Positions 26,625 to 36,377 of a stretch of 64,000 bases of DNA are shown here, in pieces; positions within the stretch are counted from its first letter, which is position 1; the number at the start of each line of letters is the position of its first letter. The DNA lies in the NCBI GenBank assembly GCA_965208105.1, contig OZ242318.1, positions 2,848,001 to 2,912,000 on the forward strand, read 5' to 3'. This stretch comes from Candidatus Latescibacterota bacterium (GTDB lineage: Bacteria; Latescibacterota; UBA2968; UBA8231). The translations under genes were made by a program, and so were the position numbers. Under the pieces are notes generated by a model. The model made no database searches. It saw only the letters and a list, made by a program, of their open reading frames with translations, and was not told where the DNA came from.

Positions 26625-28453
26625 CAGACCAGATTCTCCATGATATAGGCGCGGCGTTCAGGAGTGTTCTTGCCCATGTAGAACTCGAGGGTCTGGGGAA
26701 CGGTGGACATGGAGCGGACATTGACTTTTACGAGCCTCATTCGGGATCCGATAAAGGGCCCGAACTCCCTGGGGGAGATCTCGCCTAAACCCTTGAACCG
26801 GGTGATTTCCGCGCGGTCAATTTTTTTCAGGGCGTTCTGGCGCTCGCGCTCGCTGTAACAGTACAGGGTCTCCTTTTTGTTCCGCACCCTGAAGAGTGGG
26901 GTCTCGAGAATGTATACGTGGCCCGCGCTTACCAGTTCCTCGAAGTAATTGAGAAAGAAGGTCATCAGCAGGTTGCGAATGTGAAAACCGTCGACATCCG
27001 CATCTGTGGCGATTACCACCCGGTTGTAGCGCAGATTTTCGACATCGTCCTCTACTCCCAGGGCCATCATCAAGTTGTATAGCTCTTCGTTCTTGTAGAC
27101 GGCAGCTTTGTTCCGGCCGAATACGTTTTGCGGCTTGCCTTTCAGGGTGAAAATTGCCTGGGTATTGGGATCGCGCGCCGAGACAATGGAGCCGGCTGCC
27201 GACTGGCCTTCGGCGATGAAGATGGTGGATTCTTCGCCGTGTTTCTTGTCGTATAGATGGTACTTGCAGTCCCTGAGATGGGGAATCTTGATTTCGATGC
27301 GGCGCGCCGCCTCTTTGGCCTCTTTTTTCACCAGGTTGAGCTCTTTGCGCAACTTTTCGTTCTGGATGATTTTTTCTTCGAGTTTTTGGGCAGTTCGGGG
27401 ATTTTTGTGGAAATAGTCAACCACCGCCTCCCTGACCTGGGCAACCATCCAGGGCCGAATATCGGTATTGCCCAGTTTGTTCTTGGTTTGGGACTCGAAA
27501 ACAGGTTCCTTGATCTTCACGGCAACGGCTCCGACCATGCCCTCCCGCGCATCGACGCCGTTGTAGTGCTTCTTGAAGAACTCGTTGGCGCCCTTGAGCA
27601 GACCCTCGCGAAAGGCACTCTGGTGAGTGCCCCCGTCGCTGGTGCACTGCCCGTTGACAAAGGAAAAGTAGGTCTCGCCGTAATTTGAAGTATGAGTAAA
27701 GGCAAATTCGAGGTAACGGGATCTGAAATAAACAGGTTCATAAATCACATTTTCTCCCACCTCGCCCTGCAACAGATCCAGCAAACCATTTTTTGATTCG
27801 AACTTTTTTCCGTTGAAAACAAGGCGCAGCCCGCTGTTGAGGCAGGCATAGTTCCACATGCGTTGCTCGACGTATTCGCGGTTGAATTCATAATCTTCAA
27901 AAATGGCCCCATCGGGCACGAACTCCACGAATGTCCCGTCTTTCTGGTCGTGCCTCTCACCTCTTTTCTTTCCCTGGAGAACGCCCCGCGTAAAAACTGC
28001 TTCACTGAATTTCCCACCCCGATAAGCCACTACCTTGAAATGGGTCGAAAGAGCATTCACTGCCTTGGTGCCCACGCCGTTCAGGCCGACGCTGAACTGG
28101 AAAATATCATCGTTGTACTTGGCGCCCGTATTGATTACGGACACACAGTCCACCACCTTGCCAAGAGGAATCCCGCGCCCGTAGTCCCGCACAATAACCG
28201 CGCCCGAGTCGATACTTACATCGATGCGCCTGCCATGTCCCATTACGAACTCGTCTACCGAGTTGTCCACGATCTCCTTGAGCAGAACATAGATGCCATC
28301 GTCGGGGTCCGAACCGTCACCCATACGGCCGATATACATTCCGGTTCGCAGGCGGATGTGCTCCAGTGAACTGAGGGTCTTGATCTGGCTCTCGTCGTAG
28401 GCCACCTTCCCGGCGGCTTTTGCACCGTTTCTTGCACTGCCATTCGCGTTCAT
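26624..28453 (-). CDS. parE: DNA topoisomerase IV subunit B
   Basis: EIVDNSVDE, D.GRGIP, EGQSA, DADVDG, TRFKGLGE. Confidence 0.88.
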   Translation of the reverse strand: MNANGSARNGAKAAGKVAYDESQIKTLSSLEHIRLRTGMYIGRMGDGSDPDDGIYVLLKEIVDNSVDEFVMGHGRRIDVSIDSGAVIVRDYGRGIPLGKVVDCVSVINTGAKYNDDIFQFSVGLNGVGTKAVNALSTHFKVVAYRGGKFSEAVFTRGVLQGKKRGERHDQKDGTFVEFVPDGAIFEDYEFNREYVEQRMWNYACLNSGLRLVFNGKKFESKNGLLDLLQGEVGENVIYEPVYFRSRYLEFAFTHTSNYGETYFSFVNGQCTSDGGTHQSAFREGLLKGANEFFKKHYNGVDAREGMVGAVAVKIKEPVFESQTKNKLGNTDIRPWMVAQVREAVVDYFHKNPRTAQKLEEKIIQNEKLRKELNLVKKEAKEAARRIEIKIPHLRDCKYHLYDKKHGEESTIFIAEGQSAAGSIVSARDPNTQAIFTLKGKPQNVFGRNKAAVYKNEELYNLMMALGVEDDVENLRYNRVVIATDADVDGFHIRNLLMTFFLNYFEELVSAGHVYILETPLFRVRNKKETLYCYSERERQNALKKIDRAEITRFKGLGEISPREFGPFIGSRMRLVKVNVRSMSTVPQTLEFYMGKNTPERRAYIMENLV

Positions 28454-28831
28454 TGGTAGCTCCGCTTTACAGGGAGATCTTGGTGCCGCGCCGTTGAATC
28501 ACGGCAGTAAACAGGAAAACAAGGGGAGATTTCTGAGAAGGAAGTGTTCCGAAAGGGGGGATCGAGAACGGTGCAACACAAAGAACCATGTAGAATCAAC
28601 CGTCCTCGGAATTAATTTCAAATACTCCTCTCAGTGTAGTCGGTTTAGCAAGTATACTGAACAAATATTCAGCAGTCAAGCCCTGCCTGGGCCGGGGAAC
28701 TGCCAAACCTGTTGAACAATTCGCCAATCAGGGGAGGGGAAGAGGGTGTAAAGGAAAGATCCGGAACAGGCAGCCGCCCAACTTGCCGCCCGGTTGCTCT
28801 ATCCGAAGAAAGGGACCCCTTGTCCAGGAGC

Positions 28832-30064
28832 TCATGCCGTGGCGACTTGCCGCCGGCTGATGGACTCTCCCTTCCTGTTTCGGCGCCGGGACCTTCTCTT
28901 TTGGGGAGGCCTTTTTCTGCCTTTCCGGCGGTGGCTTCCCGAAGGTCTTGATAGTTCGGGCTTTTCTCCCCGCCACACCGGATCGATGTGGTTGAGCCGC
29001 AGCAAGTCCGCAAGGCTGCCCAAGTCCCGTCCAGCCACAAAGGTCATGGCGGTGCCGAGACGCCCCATGCGCCCGGTGCGGCCGGTGCGGTGGGTGTAGA
29101 TCTCGGGAGTGCGCGGAAAGTCGTAATTGATAACGTGGCTCACGTGGGTGAAATCGAGTCCGCGACCGGCCACATCGGTGGCCACCATCATCCTGATCTT
29201 CTTGCTGCGAAAACGGTTGAATATGGAGATTCTGCGGTCCTGGTCGAGACCTCCGTGGATGTACTCCATGGACTTGAATCGCTTCTGTAGTTCCTTGAAA
29301 AGATTCGAACCGCTGTCGCGGGAGTTGCAGAAGATGATTGCCTGGGTTGATTGCTCTGCGCTCAGGTAGTCGACCAGGTCCCGGAGACGATTGTTGCCGA
29401 CGTGCTGGAAGTGGTGCGCCAGCGACTGGGGGGCCTTTTGATCCTTGTTCAATTCTATGCGCACGGGATTTTCGAGGTAGGAGCGGGCAAGGTTGTCGAC
29501 CCCGGCCGGCATGGTGGCTGAAAAAAGCAGAGTCTCGTGTTCATGGATCAAGCAGGACATGATGAAATCGATGTCCTCGATGAATCCCATCTTCAGCATC
29601 TCGTCGGCCTCATCGAGAACAACCGTATGCACCTGGGAAAGGTCGACGAGGTCCGTGTTCCACAAAAAATCGATGAGACGGCCAGGTGTAGCCACCAGGA
29701 TATGCACCCCGTGTCTCAGCTTGGCCCTCTGGATACTCATATCGAAGCCGCCGAATACCGCAAAGGGAGCGATGTCCGTAAACCGCGCAATCGTGTCGAT
29801 CTCTTGAACGTATTGCAGGGCAAGTTCGCGGGTGGGAACAAGAATGAGAACCTGGATGGCCTTCAGACTGGAATTCGTTCGCTGCACCAGAGGGATGCCG
29901 CAGGCACTGGTTTTTCCCGAGCCTGTTTCAGCCAGGCCCAGGACATCTTTTCCATTGAGAATATGGGGGATGGATTCTTCCTGGATGGGAGTCATTTCCT
30001 CGTAGCCCATCTCTTCCAGGGCCTGAAGGATTTCGGACGTCAGATTCAAAGCAGAAAATTTCAT
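28832..30064 (-). CDS. DEAD-box RNA helicase
   Basis: Q motif, AETGSGKT, PTRELA, DEAD, SAT, HRTGRTGR. Confidence 0.95.
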   Translation of the reverse strand: MKFSALNLTSEILQALEEMGYEEMTPIQEESIPHILNGKDVLGLAETGSGKTSACGIPLVQRTNSSLKAIQVLILVPTRELALQYVQEIDTIARFTDIAPFAVFGGFDMSIQRAKLRHGVHILVATPGRLIDFLWNTDLVDLSQVHTVVLDEADEMLKMGFIEDIDFIMSCLIHEHETLLFSATMPAGVDNLARSYLENPVRIELNKDQKAPQSLAHHFQHVGNNRLRDLVDYLSAEQSTQAIIFCNSRDSGSNLFKELQKRFKSMEYIHGGLDQDRRISIFNRFRSKKIRMMVATDVAGRGLDFTHVSHVINYDFPRTPEIYTHRTGRTGRMGRLGTAMTFVAGRDLGSLADLLRLNHIDPVWRGEKPELSRPSGSHRRKGRKRPPQKRRSRRRNRKGESISRRQVATA

Positions 30065-30263
30065 GTATCTCCTTTTTGTATTGGAAATCCGGCTACCAGC
30101 TAATGTGAGGTAATTCGGGAAGTTTGGCAAATTGAAGACGGCGCCGGGGCGCGTTGCAGAATTGGGTGAAGATCGTATCTTAAGTCCACCCGGATCTTCA
30201 ACTGCGTCCGTCAACCGGGGTCAGTTGGAAAGATCAAAACCGCCTTCCACCACGGAATCCCTC

Positions 30264-31751
30264 ATGTCTGACGTTCGGGTGCGCCTTGCGCCTTCGCCGA
30301 CAGGGCCGCCCCATCTGGGCACTGCCTATACCGCGCTGTTCAACCTGGCCTTTGCCCGCAAGCACGGCGGGCGCATGGTCCTGCGCATCGAAGACACCGA
30401 CCGGAGGCGCTCGCGCCGGGAGTACGAAGACCGGCTCATCGAGGCGCTGCGCTGGCTGGGGCTGGAATGGGACGAAGGTCCTGACGCAGGGGGTAATTTT
30501 GGCCCATATCGGCAAAGCGAGCGCATCGAGATTTACCAAAAGCATGCGCGGCAGTTGGTCGACGCAGGACACGCCTATTACTGCTATTGCACTCCGGAGC
30601 GCCTGGACGCACTGCGGTCGGAGCAAAAAAGGCAGAAGCAGAAATTAGGTTACGATGGCCACTGTCGCGGTCTGGGCAGCGATGCTGCAGGAAGGGACCA
30701 GCCAAGAGATTCACCATTTGTCATCCGCATGAAAGTCCCCGAGCAAGGCACCATGGTGATCAAAGACAGCCTGCGAGGCGAGATCGGGTTCGATTTCGCC
30801 AATCTGGACGACCAGGTCATTCTCAAATCCGACGGATTCCCGACCTATCACCTGGCCGTGGTGGTGGACGATCACCTCATGGACATAACCCACGTGATCC
30901 GCGGCGAGGACTGGATCAACTCGAGCCCCAAGCACTGGTTGCTGTACAGGTACTTTGGCTGGGAGCCCCCCGAGCACACCCATTTGCCCCTGCTGCTCAA
31001 TCCGGACGGCTCGAAAATGTCCAAGCGCCGAAACCCCACCTCGGTCGAATATTATCGCAAAGCCGGCTACTGGGGCCCGGCTCTCCGCAACTATCTGGGG
31101 CTGATGAATTGCGCGTCGCCTGGAGAGGAGGAGAAATTTTCCTTTGCAGAAATGGTCGAAAAATTCAGTATCGGCCGCATTCGTCTGGGTGGTGCAATCT
31201 TTGATCTGCAAAAGCTGGACTGGCTGAACGGCCGCTACCTGCGCGAGGACATGGCGCCAGATTCCCTGCTTCAGGGAATGAAGAATTGGCTGCTCAATGA
31301 CGATTATCTCGGCCGCATAGTTCCCCTGATGCAACCGCGCATGGATACTTTTGGCGACTTCATGGCCCGCTGTGCGTTTTTCTTCGCTCGCCAAGTCACC
31401 TTCGAAGCGCAAGACCTGGTGCCGAAAAAGCGAACGCCCGAGGAAGTAATTCAGGTTTTGCAGACGGTTTTGTGGTCCTTGGAAGACCTCGATTCCTGGG
31501 AAAGAGACCTGGTCGAATCGGCAATAAGGAGAGTGGCGGAGTTCTGGGGCTGGCCCATCCGCGATATCACCTCTCCCCTGTTCACGGCGGTTATGGGCCA
31601 ACGGGTCGGGCCGCCTCTCTACGAGTCTACCGCCCTGCTGGGCGTTGATTTGACCCGGGCACGGTTGCTGCAGGCGATCGAAGCACTGGGGGGAATTTCA
31701 AAGAAGAAAGCCGCCAAGCTGGAAAAAGAATGGAACAGCTCTCGGAGATGA
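30264..31751 (+). CDS. gltX: Glutamate-tRNA ligase
   Basis: APSPTG..HLG, RIEDTD, RGEDW, KMSKR. Confidence 0.95.
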   Translation: MSDVRVRLAPSPTGPPHLGTAYTALFNLAFARKHGGRMVLRIEDTDRRRSRREYEDRLIEALRWLGLEWDEGPDAGGNFGPYRQSERIEIYQKHARQLVDAGHAYYCYCTPERLDALRSEQKRQKQKLGYDGHCRGLGSDAAGRDQPRDSPFVIRMKVPEQGTMVIKDSLRGEIGFDFANLDDQVILKSDGFPTYHLAVVVDDHLMDITHVIRGEDWINSSPKHWLLYRYFGWEPPEHTHLPLLLNPDGSKMSKRRNPTSVEYYRKAGYWGPALRNYLGLMNCASPGEEEKFSFAEMVEKFSIGRIRLGGAIFDLQKLDWLNGRYLREDMAPDSLLQGMKNWLLNDDYLGRIVPLMQPRMDTFGDFMARCAFFFARQVTFEAQDLVPKKRTPEEVIQVLQTVLWSLEDLDSWERDLVESAIRRVAEFWGWPIRDITSPLFTAVMGQRVGPPLYESTALLGVDLTRARLLQAIEALGGISKKKAAKLEKEWNSSRR

Positions 31752-31764
31752 TCGTTTTGCGGAT

Positions 31765-33489
31765 TTATTTCTGTGCCGTTCTCCCTTGAGCCCTCTCGAT
31801 TTTTGTCCATGAGTCGCGCAATGCGACGGTGCGGTTGAATACCAGCTTGCCTGGGGACGAATCGACGCTGTCCAGGCAGAAGTATCCAAGACGCTCAAAC
31901 TGGTAGGGACTCTCCAGTGTCGCGCCTGCAAGACTGGGCTCGACACGGCATTCACCAAGAACCTCGAGGGACCCGGGGTTGAGTTGGTCCTCGAGGTTGG
32001 AACCCTTGGGATCTTCTACGGCGAAGAGACGATCATAGAGGCGCACTTCGGCCTTGAGGGCATGGGGAGCCGAAACCCAGTGGATCGTTCCCCTGACCTT
32101 GCGGCCGTCCGGAGAGGAACCGCCGCGGGTCTCCGGGTCATAGGTGCAGCGCAGCTCGGAAACTTCGCCCGTTCTGCCGTCTTTCACCACATCCACGCAG
32201 GTAATGTAGTAACCGTATCTGAGGCGCACCTCGCGGCCGGGTGCAAGACGGTGGAACCTTTTTGGCGGATCCTCGCGGAAGTCGTCCCGCTCGATGTAGA
32301 TTTCCCGCGAGAATGGAACCTGGCGCGTACCCGCGCTCTCGTCTTCGGGGTTATTCACCGCTTCCAGGTGCTCCACCCGGCCTTCCGGGTAGTTGACCAC
32401 AATGACCTTGAGAGGACGCAGAACCCCCATGACTCTTTGAGCTGTCTCGTTGAGCCCGGTGCGCACGATATGTTCAAAAAGGGCTATATCGACCAGGTTT
32501 TCCCGCTTTGCGACGCCGATCTCCCTGACGAATCTGCGGATCGCCGCGGGAGTGTAGCCGCGCCGGCGCATACCCGACAGCGTCGGCATGCGCGGATCAT
32601 CCCAGCCGCTGACATGGCCATCCTCAACAAGCGGCTTCAAAAAACGCTTGCTCAAAATGGTGTAGCTCAGGTTCAGGCGGGCGAATTCGTACTGCCTGGG
32701 CGGATCCTCGATTTCCAATTCGCGCAGGATCCAGTCGTAGAGTACTCGATTGTTTTCAAACCCGGTGTCGCAGAGGGAGTGGGTAACTCCTTCAATGGCA
32801 TCGGCCAAACACTCGACAAAGTCGTACATCGGGTAGATGCACCACGAATCGCCTGCCCGGAAATGAACCTGATGGCGTATGCGGTAGAGGGTGGGGTCGC
32901 GCATCAGGAGATTGGGCGCTGCCATGTCGATCTTGGCGCGCAGGACGTGCGCTCCGTCCTCGAAATCTCCGGCGCGCATGCGCTCGAACAGATTGAGATT
33001 TTCTTCGATTGAACGGCTGCGGAAAGGACTGTCCTTACCTGGTTCGGTCAAGGTGCCCCGGAATTCCCTGATCTCCTCGCTGCTGAGGCTGTCTACGTAG
33101 GCCTTGCCTTTTTCAATCAGCTTTACCGCATACCGGTAGAGCCGCTCGAAGTAATCCGAGACGAAAAATTCGCGGTCGCCCCAATCGAAGCCCATCCACC
33201 TGACGTCTCTTTTGATGGCTTTGACATATTCAATGTCTTCGTCCTTGGGATCGGTGTCCTCGAAGCGCAGATTGCACTTGCCGCCGAATTCCTCGGCAAT
33301 ACTGAAGTTGAGGGAAAATGCCTTGGCGTGGCCAATATGCAGGTAGCCGTTGGGTTCCGGGGGAAAGCGGGTGGCGATGCGGCCTCCATGCTTGTTATCT
33401 TCGATATCGGCGGAAACGATTGCGCGAATGAAGTCGGGAGCATGTACCGAGTTCTTCTCCCCCTTCTTTTCACTGTCTTGCAAGACCAT
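31765..33489 (-). CDS. glnS: Glutamine-tRNA ligase with atypical active-site residues
   Basis: [38 protein letters not shown]. Confidence 0.85.
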   Translation of the reverse strand: MVLQDSEKKGEKNSVHAPDFIRAIVSADIEDNKHGGRIATRFPPEPNGYLHIGHAKAFSLNFSIAEEFGGKCNLRFEDTDPKDEDIEYVKAIKRDVRWMGFDWGDREFFVSDYFERLYRYAVKLIEKGKAYVDSLSSEEIREFRGTLTEPGKDSPFRSRSIEENLNLFERMRAGDFEDGAHVLRAKIDMAAPNLLMRDPTLYRIRHQVHFRAGDSWCIYPMYDFVECLADAIEGVTHSLCDTGFENNRVLYDWILRELEIEDPPRQYEFARLNLSYTILSKRFLKPLVEDGHVSGWDDPRMPTLSGMRRRGYTPAAIRRFVREIGVAKRENLVDIALFEHIVRTGLNETAQRVMGVLRPLKVIVVNYPEGRVEHLEAVNNPEDESAGTRQVPFSREIYIERDDFREDPPKRFHRLAPGREVRLRYGYYITCVDVVKDGRTGEVSELRCTYDPETRGGSSPDGRKVRGTIHWVSAPHALKAEVRLYDRLFAVEDPKGSNLEDQLNPGSLEVLGECRVEPSLAGATLESPYQFERLGYFCLDSVDSSPGKLVFNRTVALRDSWTKIERAQGRTAQK

Positions 33490-33682
33490 ATATGCCTTCT
33501 TGCGTTTGATTCGGTGCAAAAATCATGGCCGGGCACGGAAACGGACTCGGTAAGTTAAAGGATTTAACCCAGCTTCGCCACGTGAACGTTGAGACAGGGT
33601 TCATTCCTCTGTTGCACCTGCGCGCCACTTTTCTGAATATTGGCTCTAGCGGGCACCACTTCTAACCAGGAACGGATCGGGA

Positions 33683-34909
33683 ATGGCACAAATCAACGAG
33701 AACTACCTCAAGCTCCAAGCCGGCTATCTCTTCCCCGAAATCGAACGCCGAGTCGACGTCTTTGCCGAGGCCAACCCCTCGGCCCGGATTATCCGCCTCG
33801 GGATCGGCGACGTGGTCCGGGGGATCCCCCGGCCTATCGTCGACGCCATCAAGGAGGCGGCTGAAGAATTGGCCCACGACGAGAGCCTCCAGGGATATCC
33901 TCCGAACCAGGGATACGATTTCCTGCGCACCGCCATAGTCGAACACGACTTCGCGGCGCGCCAAATCGAGGTCGGCGCCGATGAAATTTTCATCTCCGAC
34001 GGCTCTAAATGCGACTCGGCAAATATCCAGGAAATCTTCGGCACCGAAAACGTGGTTGCCCTCACCGATCCCGTTTACCCGGTATACTGCGACAGCAACG
34101 TCATGGCGGGCCGCACCGGCGCATGTGCCGAGAGCGGCCGCTACGAGGGCCTTGTCTATCTTCCTTGTACAGCGGGAAACGGCTTCATGCCGCCTTTGCC
34201 GGATAGGCACGTGGATCTCATCTACCTGTGCGCACCCAACAACCCCACCGGCGCGGTGATGACCCGCGAAGCCTTGAGCGAATGGGTGAACTATGCCAGG
34301 GAGGAAAAGGCCGTTATTCTCTTCGACGCTGCCTACGAGGGGTATATCACCGACCCCGAGATCCCCCATTCCATCTACGAGGTGGAGGGAGCGCGGCAGG
34401 TCGCCATCGAATTCCGCAGCTTTTCCAAGAATGCCGGCTTCACCGGGGTCCGCTGCGCTTTCACCGTGGTTCCCCGAGAGCTCAAGTGCTATACCGCCAG
34501 CGGAGAAGCAGTGGACCTGCACGGCGTCTGGCACAGGCGCCACTCCACCAAGTTCAACGGAGTCGCTTATCCGGTGCAGCGCGGCGCCGCAGCCGCATAT
34601 TCCCATCAAGGGCGCAGAGCCATAAACGAGCTCATCGAGTTCTACCTTGGCAATGCCGCCTATATGCGCGAGAGACTGTCGGCCAGCGGCATCACCTTGT
34701 TCGGCGGGGTCAATGCCCCCTATCTCTGGCTCAAAACCCCTACGGGTCAGACCAGCTGGTCCTTCTTCGACGATTTACTGGAAAAAGCACATGTTGTCGG
34801 CACACCTGGCTCCGGCTTCGGGTCGGCGGGAGAAGGCTACTTCCGTCTCTCGGCATTCAACCACCGCGGCCAGATCGAAGAGGCCATGGACCGCATCGCG
34901 AAAATCTGA
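33683..34909 (+). CDS. dapL: LL-diaminopimelate aminotransferase
   Basis: [37 protein letters not shown]. Confidence 0.95.
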   Translation: MAQINENYLKLQAGYLFPEIERRVDVFAEANPSARIIRLGIGDVVRGIPRPIVDAIKEAAEELAHDESLQGYPPNQGYDFLRTAIVEHDFAARQIEVGADEIFISDGSKCDSANIQEIFGTENVVALTDPVYPVYCDSNVMAGRTGACAESGRYEGLVYLPCTAGNGFMPPLPDRHVDLIYLCAPNNPTGAVMTREALSEWVNYAREEKAVILFDAAYEGYITDPEIPHSIYEVEGARQVAIEFRSFSKNAGFTGVRCAFTVVPRELKCYTASGEAVDLHGVWHRRHSTKFNGVAYPVQRGAAAAYSHQGRRAINELIEFYLGNAAYMRERLSASGITLFGGVNAPYLWLKTPTGQTSWSFFDDLLEKAHVVGTPGSGFGSAGEGYFRLSAFNHRGQIEEAMDRIAKI

Positions 34910-34952
34910 TCAGGCCGATCAAGCCCCAGCAGAGAGCATGATTCCAAAGGAG

Positions 34953-34981
34953 TTGACAAATTAATAATTATTGGATAGCTT
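34953..34981 (+). promoter_or_regulatory. Sigma70-like promoter
   Basis: TTGACA-N17-TAGCTT in a very AT-rich spacer. Confidence 0.6.
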
Positions 34982-35040
34982 ATATACATAGCATATTTAA
35001 ATATTAAACATATTTTATATAAACTTCAAAGAAAGATCTT

Positions 35041-35259
35041 GTGGCGCCTACAAAATCAAAAAAAGGTGTTCGCGCCAAAGTTCGCACCTTTTCGGCTACG
35101 GAAAGAGATCAGGAGATGCTGGATGCCATTGCGCGCTATCACGGCACCAGCAAGAGCGCCATGCTCACCGGGCTCGTGCGCAAAGAGTTCTGGCGAATCT
35201 TCCCGAATGGCACGGAGACCGTACCTCCTGACCAAGGAGTTAGAATGAGCGATGAGTGA
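35041..35259 (+). CDS. Ribbon-helix-helix DNA-binding protein
   Basis: VRTFSA strand, helix TERDQEMLDAIARYHG, helix TSKSAML..LVR; overlaps the nadA start. Confidence 0.7.
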   Translation: MAPTKSKKGVRAKVRTFSATERDQEMLDAIARYHGTSKSAMLTGLVRKEFWRIFPNGTETVPPDQGVRMSDE

Positions 35260-36244
35260 GATTCAGACCCCCGCCAGGATGGCCCTTCCTTCCTACCATC
35301 ACTACGACCTTCCCCGGGAAGAACTGGCCCATCGGATAGAACACCTGCGCCGGGAAAAGAACGCGGTCATTCTTGCCCACAACTACCAGGTCCCCGAGAT
35401 TCAGGACATTGCCGATTTCACCGGCGATTCCCTCGGGCTCTCACTCGAGGCTGCCCGCACCGACGCAGAAATCATTGTCTTTTGCGGCGTTCACTTCATG
35501 GCCGAGTCGGCCAAGATTCTCAACCCGGAGAAGAAGGTCTTTCTGCCGCATCTGGGTGCGGGCTGTGCCCTGGCCGACGCGATAACTCCCGAGAGTCTGG
35601 ACGACTGGAAGGAAATGTACCCCGGCCATACGGTGGTGACCTACATCAACTCCTCTGCCGAGGTCAAGGCCGAGTCCTACATTTGCTGTACTTCGGCCAA
35701 CGCGGTCTCCGTTGTCCGCAGCCTGGACGGCGACAAGATTCTCTTCACTCCGGACCGCAATCTCGGCCGCTGGGTCGCCGCTCAGGTAGAGGAAAAAAAG
35801 GTGGCAATATACGATGGAGTCTGCCCCACGCACGACGTCTTGCGCAACGCCAGCGTGGAGCGCACCCGCGAAGAGTATCCTCACGCGGTAGTCATTGCTC
35901 ACCCCGAGTGTCGCCAGGACGTGGTGGAGGCTGCTCACGAGGTCTGTTCTACGACCGGAATGCTGAAGGCGATAGAAAAGTATCCACAGGTAGAGACCTT
36001 TATCATTGCGACCGAGAACGGGATCATTCACCAGATGAAGAAACGCTTCCCCGGCAAGGAATTCGTGCCGGCCGACGGCTGCATCGGCTGTCGACTCCAC
36101 TGTCCCTACATGAAGGTGACAAGCTTGCAGGATGTCTACCATTCCTTGAACGATGAACAATTCGAAATCACTCTGGATGACGAGGTGATTGCCGGAGCTC
36201 GCTTGGCCCTGGAGCGAATGATGGCCGTCCCTCGAGACAATTGA
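35252..36244 (+). CDS. nadA: Quinolinate synthase
   Basis: LAHNYQ, GDSL, CGVHFMAE, YINSSA, AHPEC, CPYM. Confidence 0.96.
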   Translation: MSEIQTPARMALPSYHHYDLPREELAHRIEHLRREKNAVILAHNYQVPEIQDIADFTGDSLGLSLEAARTDAEIIVFCGVHFMAESAKILNPEKKVFLPHLGAGCALADAITPESLDDWKEMYPGHTVVTYINSSAEVKAESYICCTSANAVSVVRSLDGDKILFTPDRNLGRWVAAQVEEKKVAIYDGVCPTHDVLRNASVERTREEYPHAVVIAHPECRQDVVEAAHEVCSTTGMLKAIEKYPQVETFIIATENGIIHQMKKRFPGKEFVPADGCIGCRLHCPYMKVTSLQDVYHSLNDEQFEITLDDEVIAGARLALERMMAVPRDN

Positions 36245-36261
36245 TGTAGTCGCTGCTCGGC

Positions 36262-36307
36262 AAGAAAGTCCGCCTGGAAGTTTCGCTGTTCCGGGCGGAC
36301 TTTTGTT
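36262..36307 (+). terminator. Rho-independent terminator
   Basis: AAGTCCGCCTGGAA-loop-TTCCGGGCGGACTTTTGTT after nadA. Confidence 0.75.
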
Positions 36308-36377
36308 CGCTGGCCCCGCGGTGAATCCCTGGCTGCCAGCACCGAATGCGCCTTCCCACCACTTGTGAAGGGAAATT

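Noticed and set aside
35041-35259. Toxin-antitoxin module
   Set aside because: No adjacent toxin ORF; the partner gene is nadA
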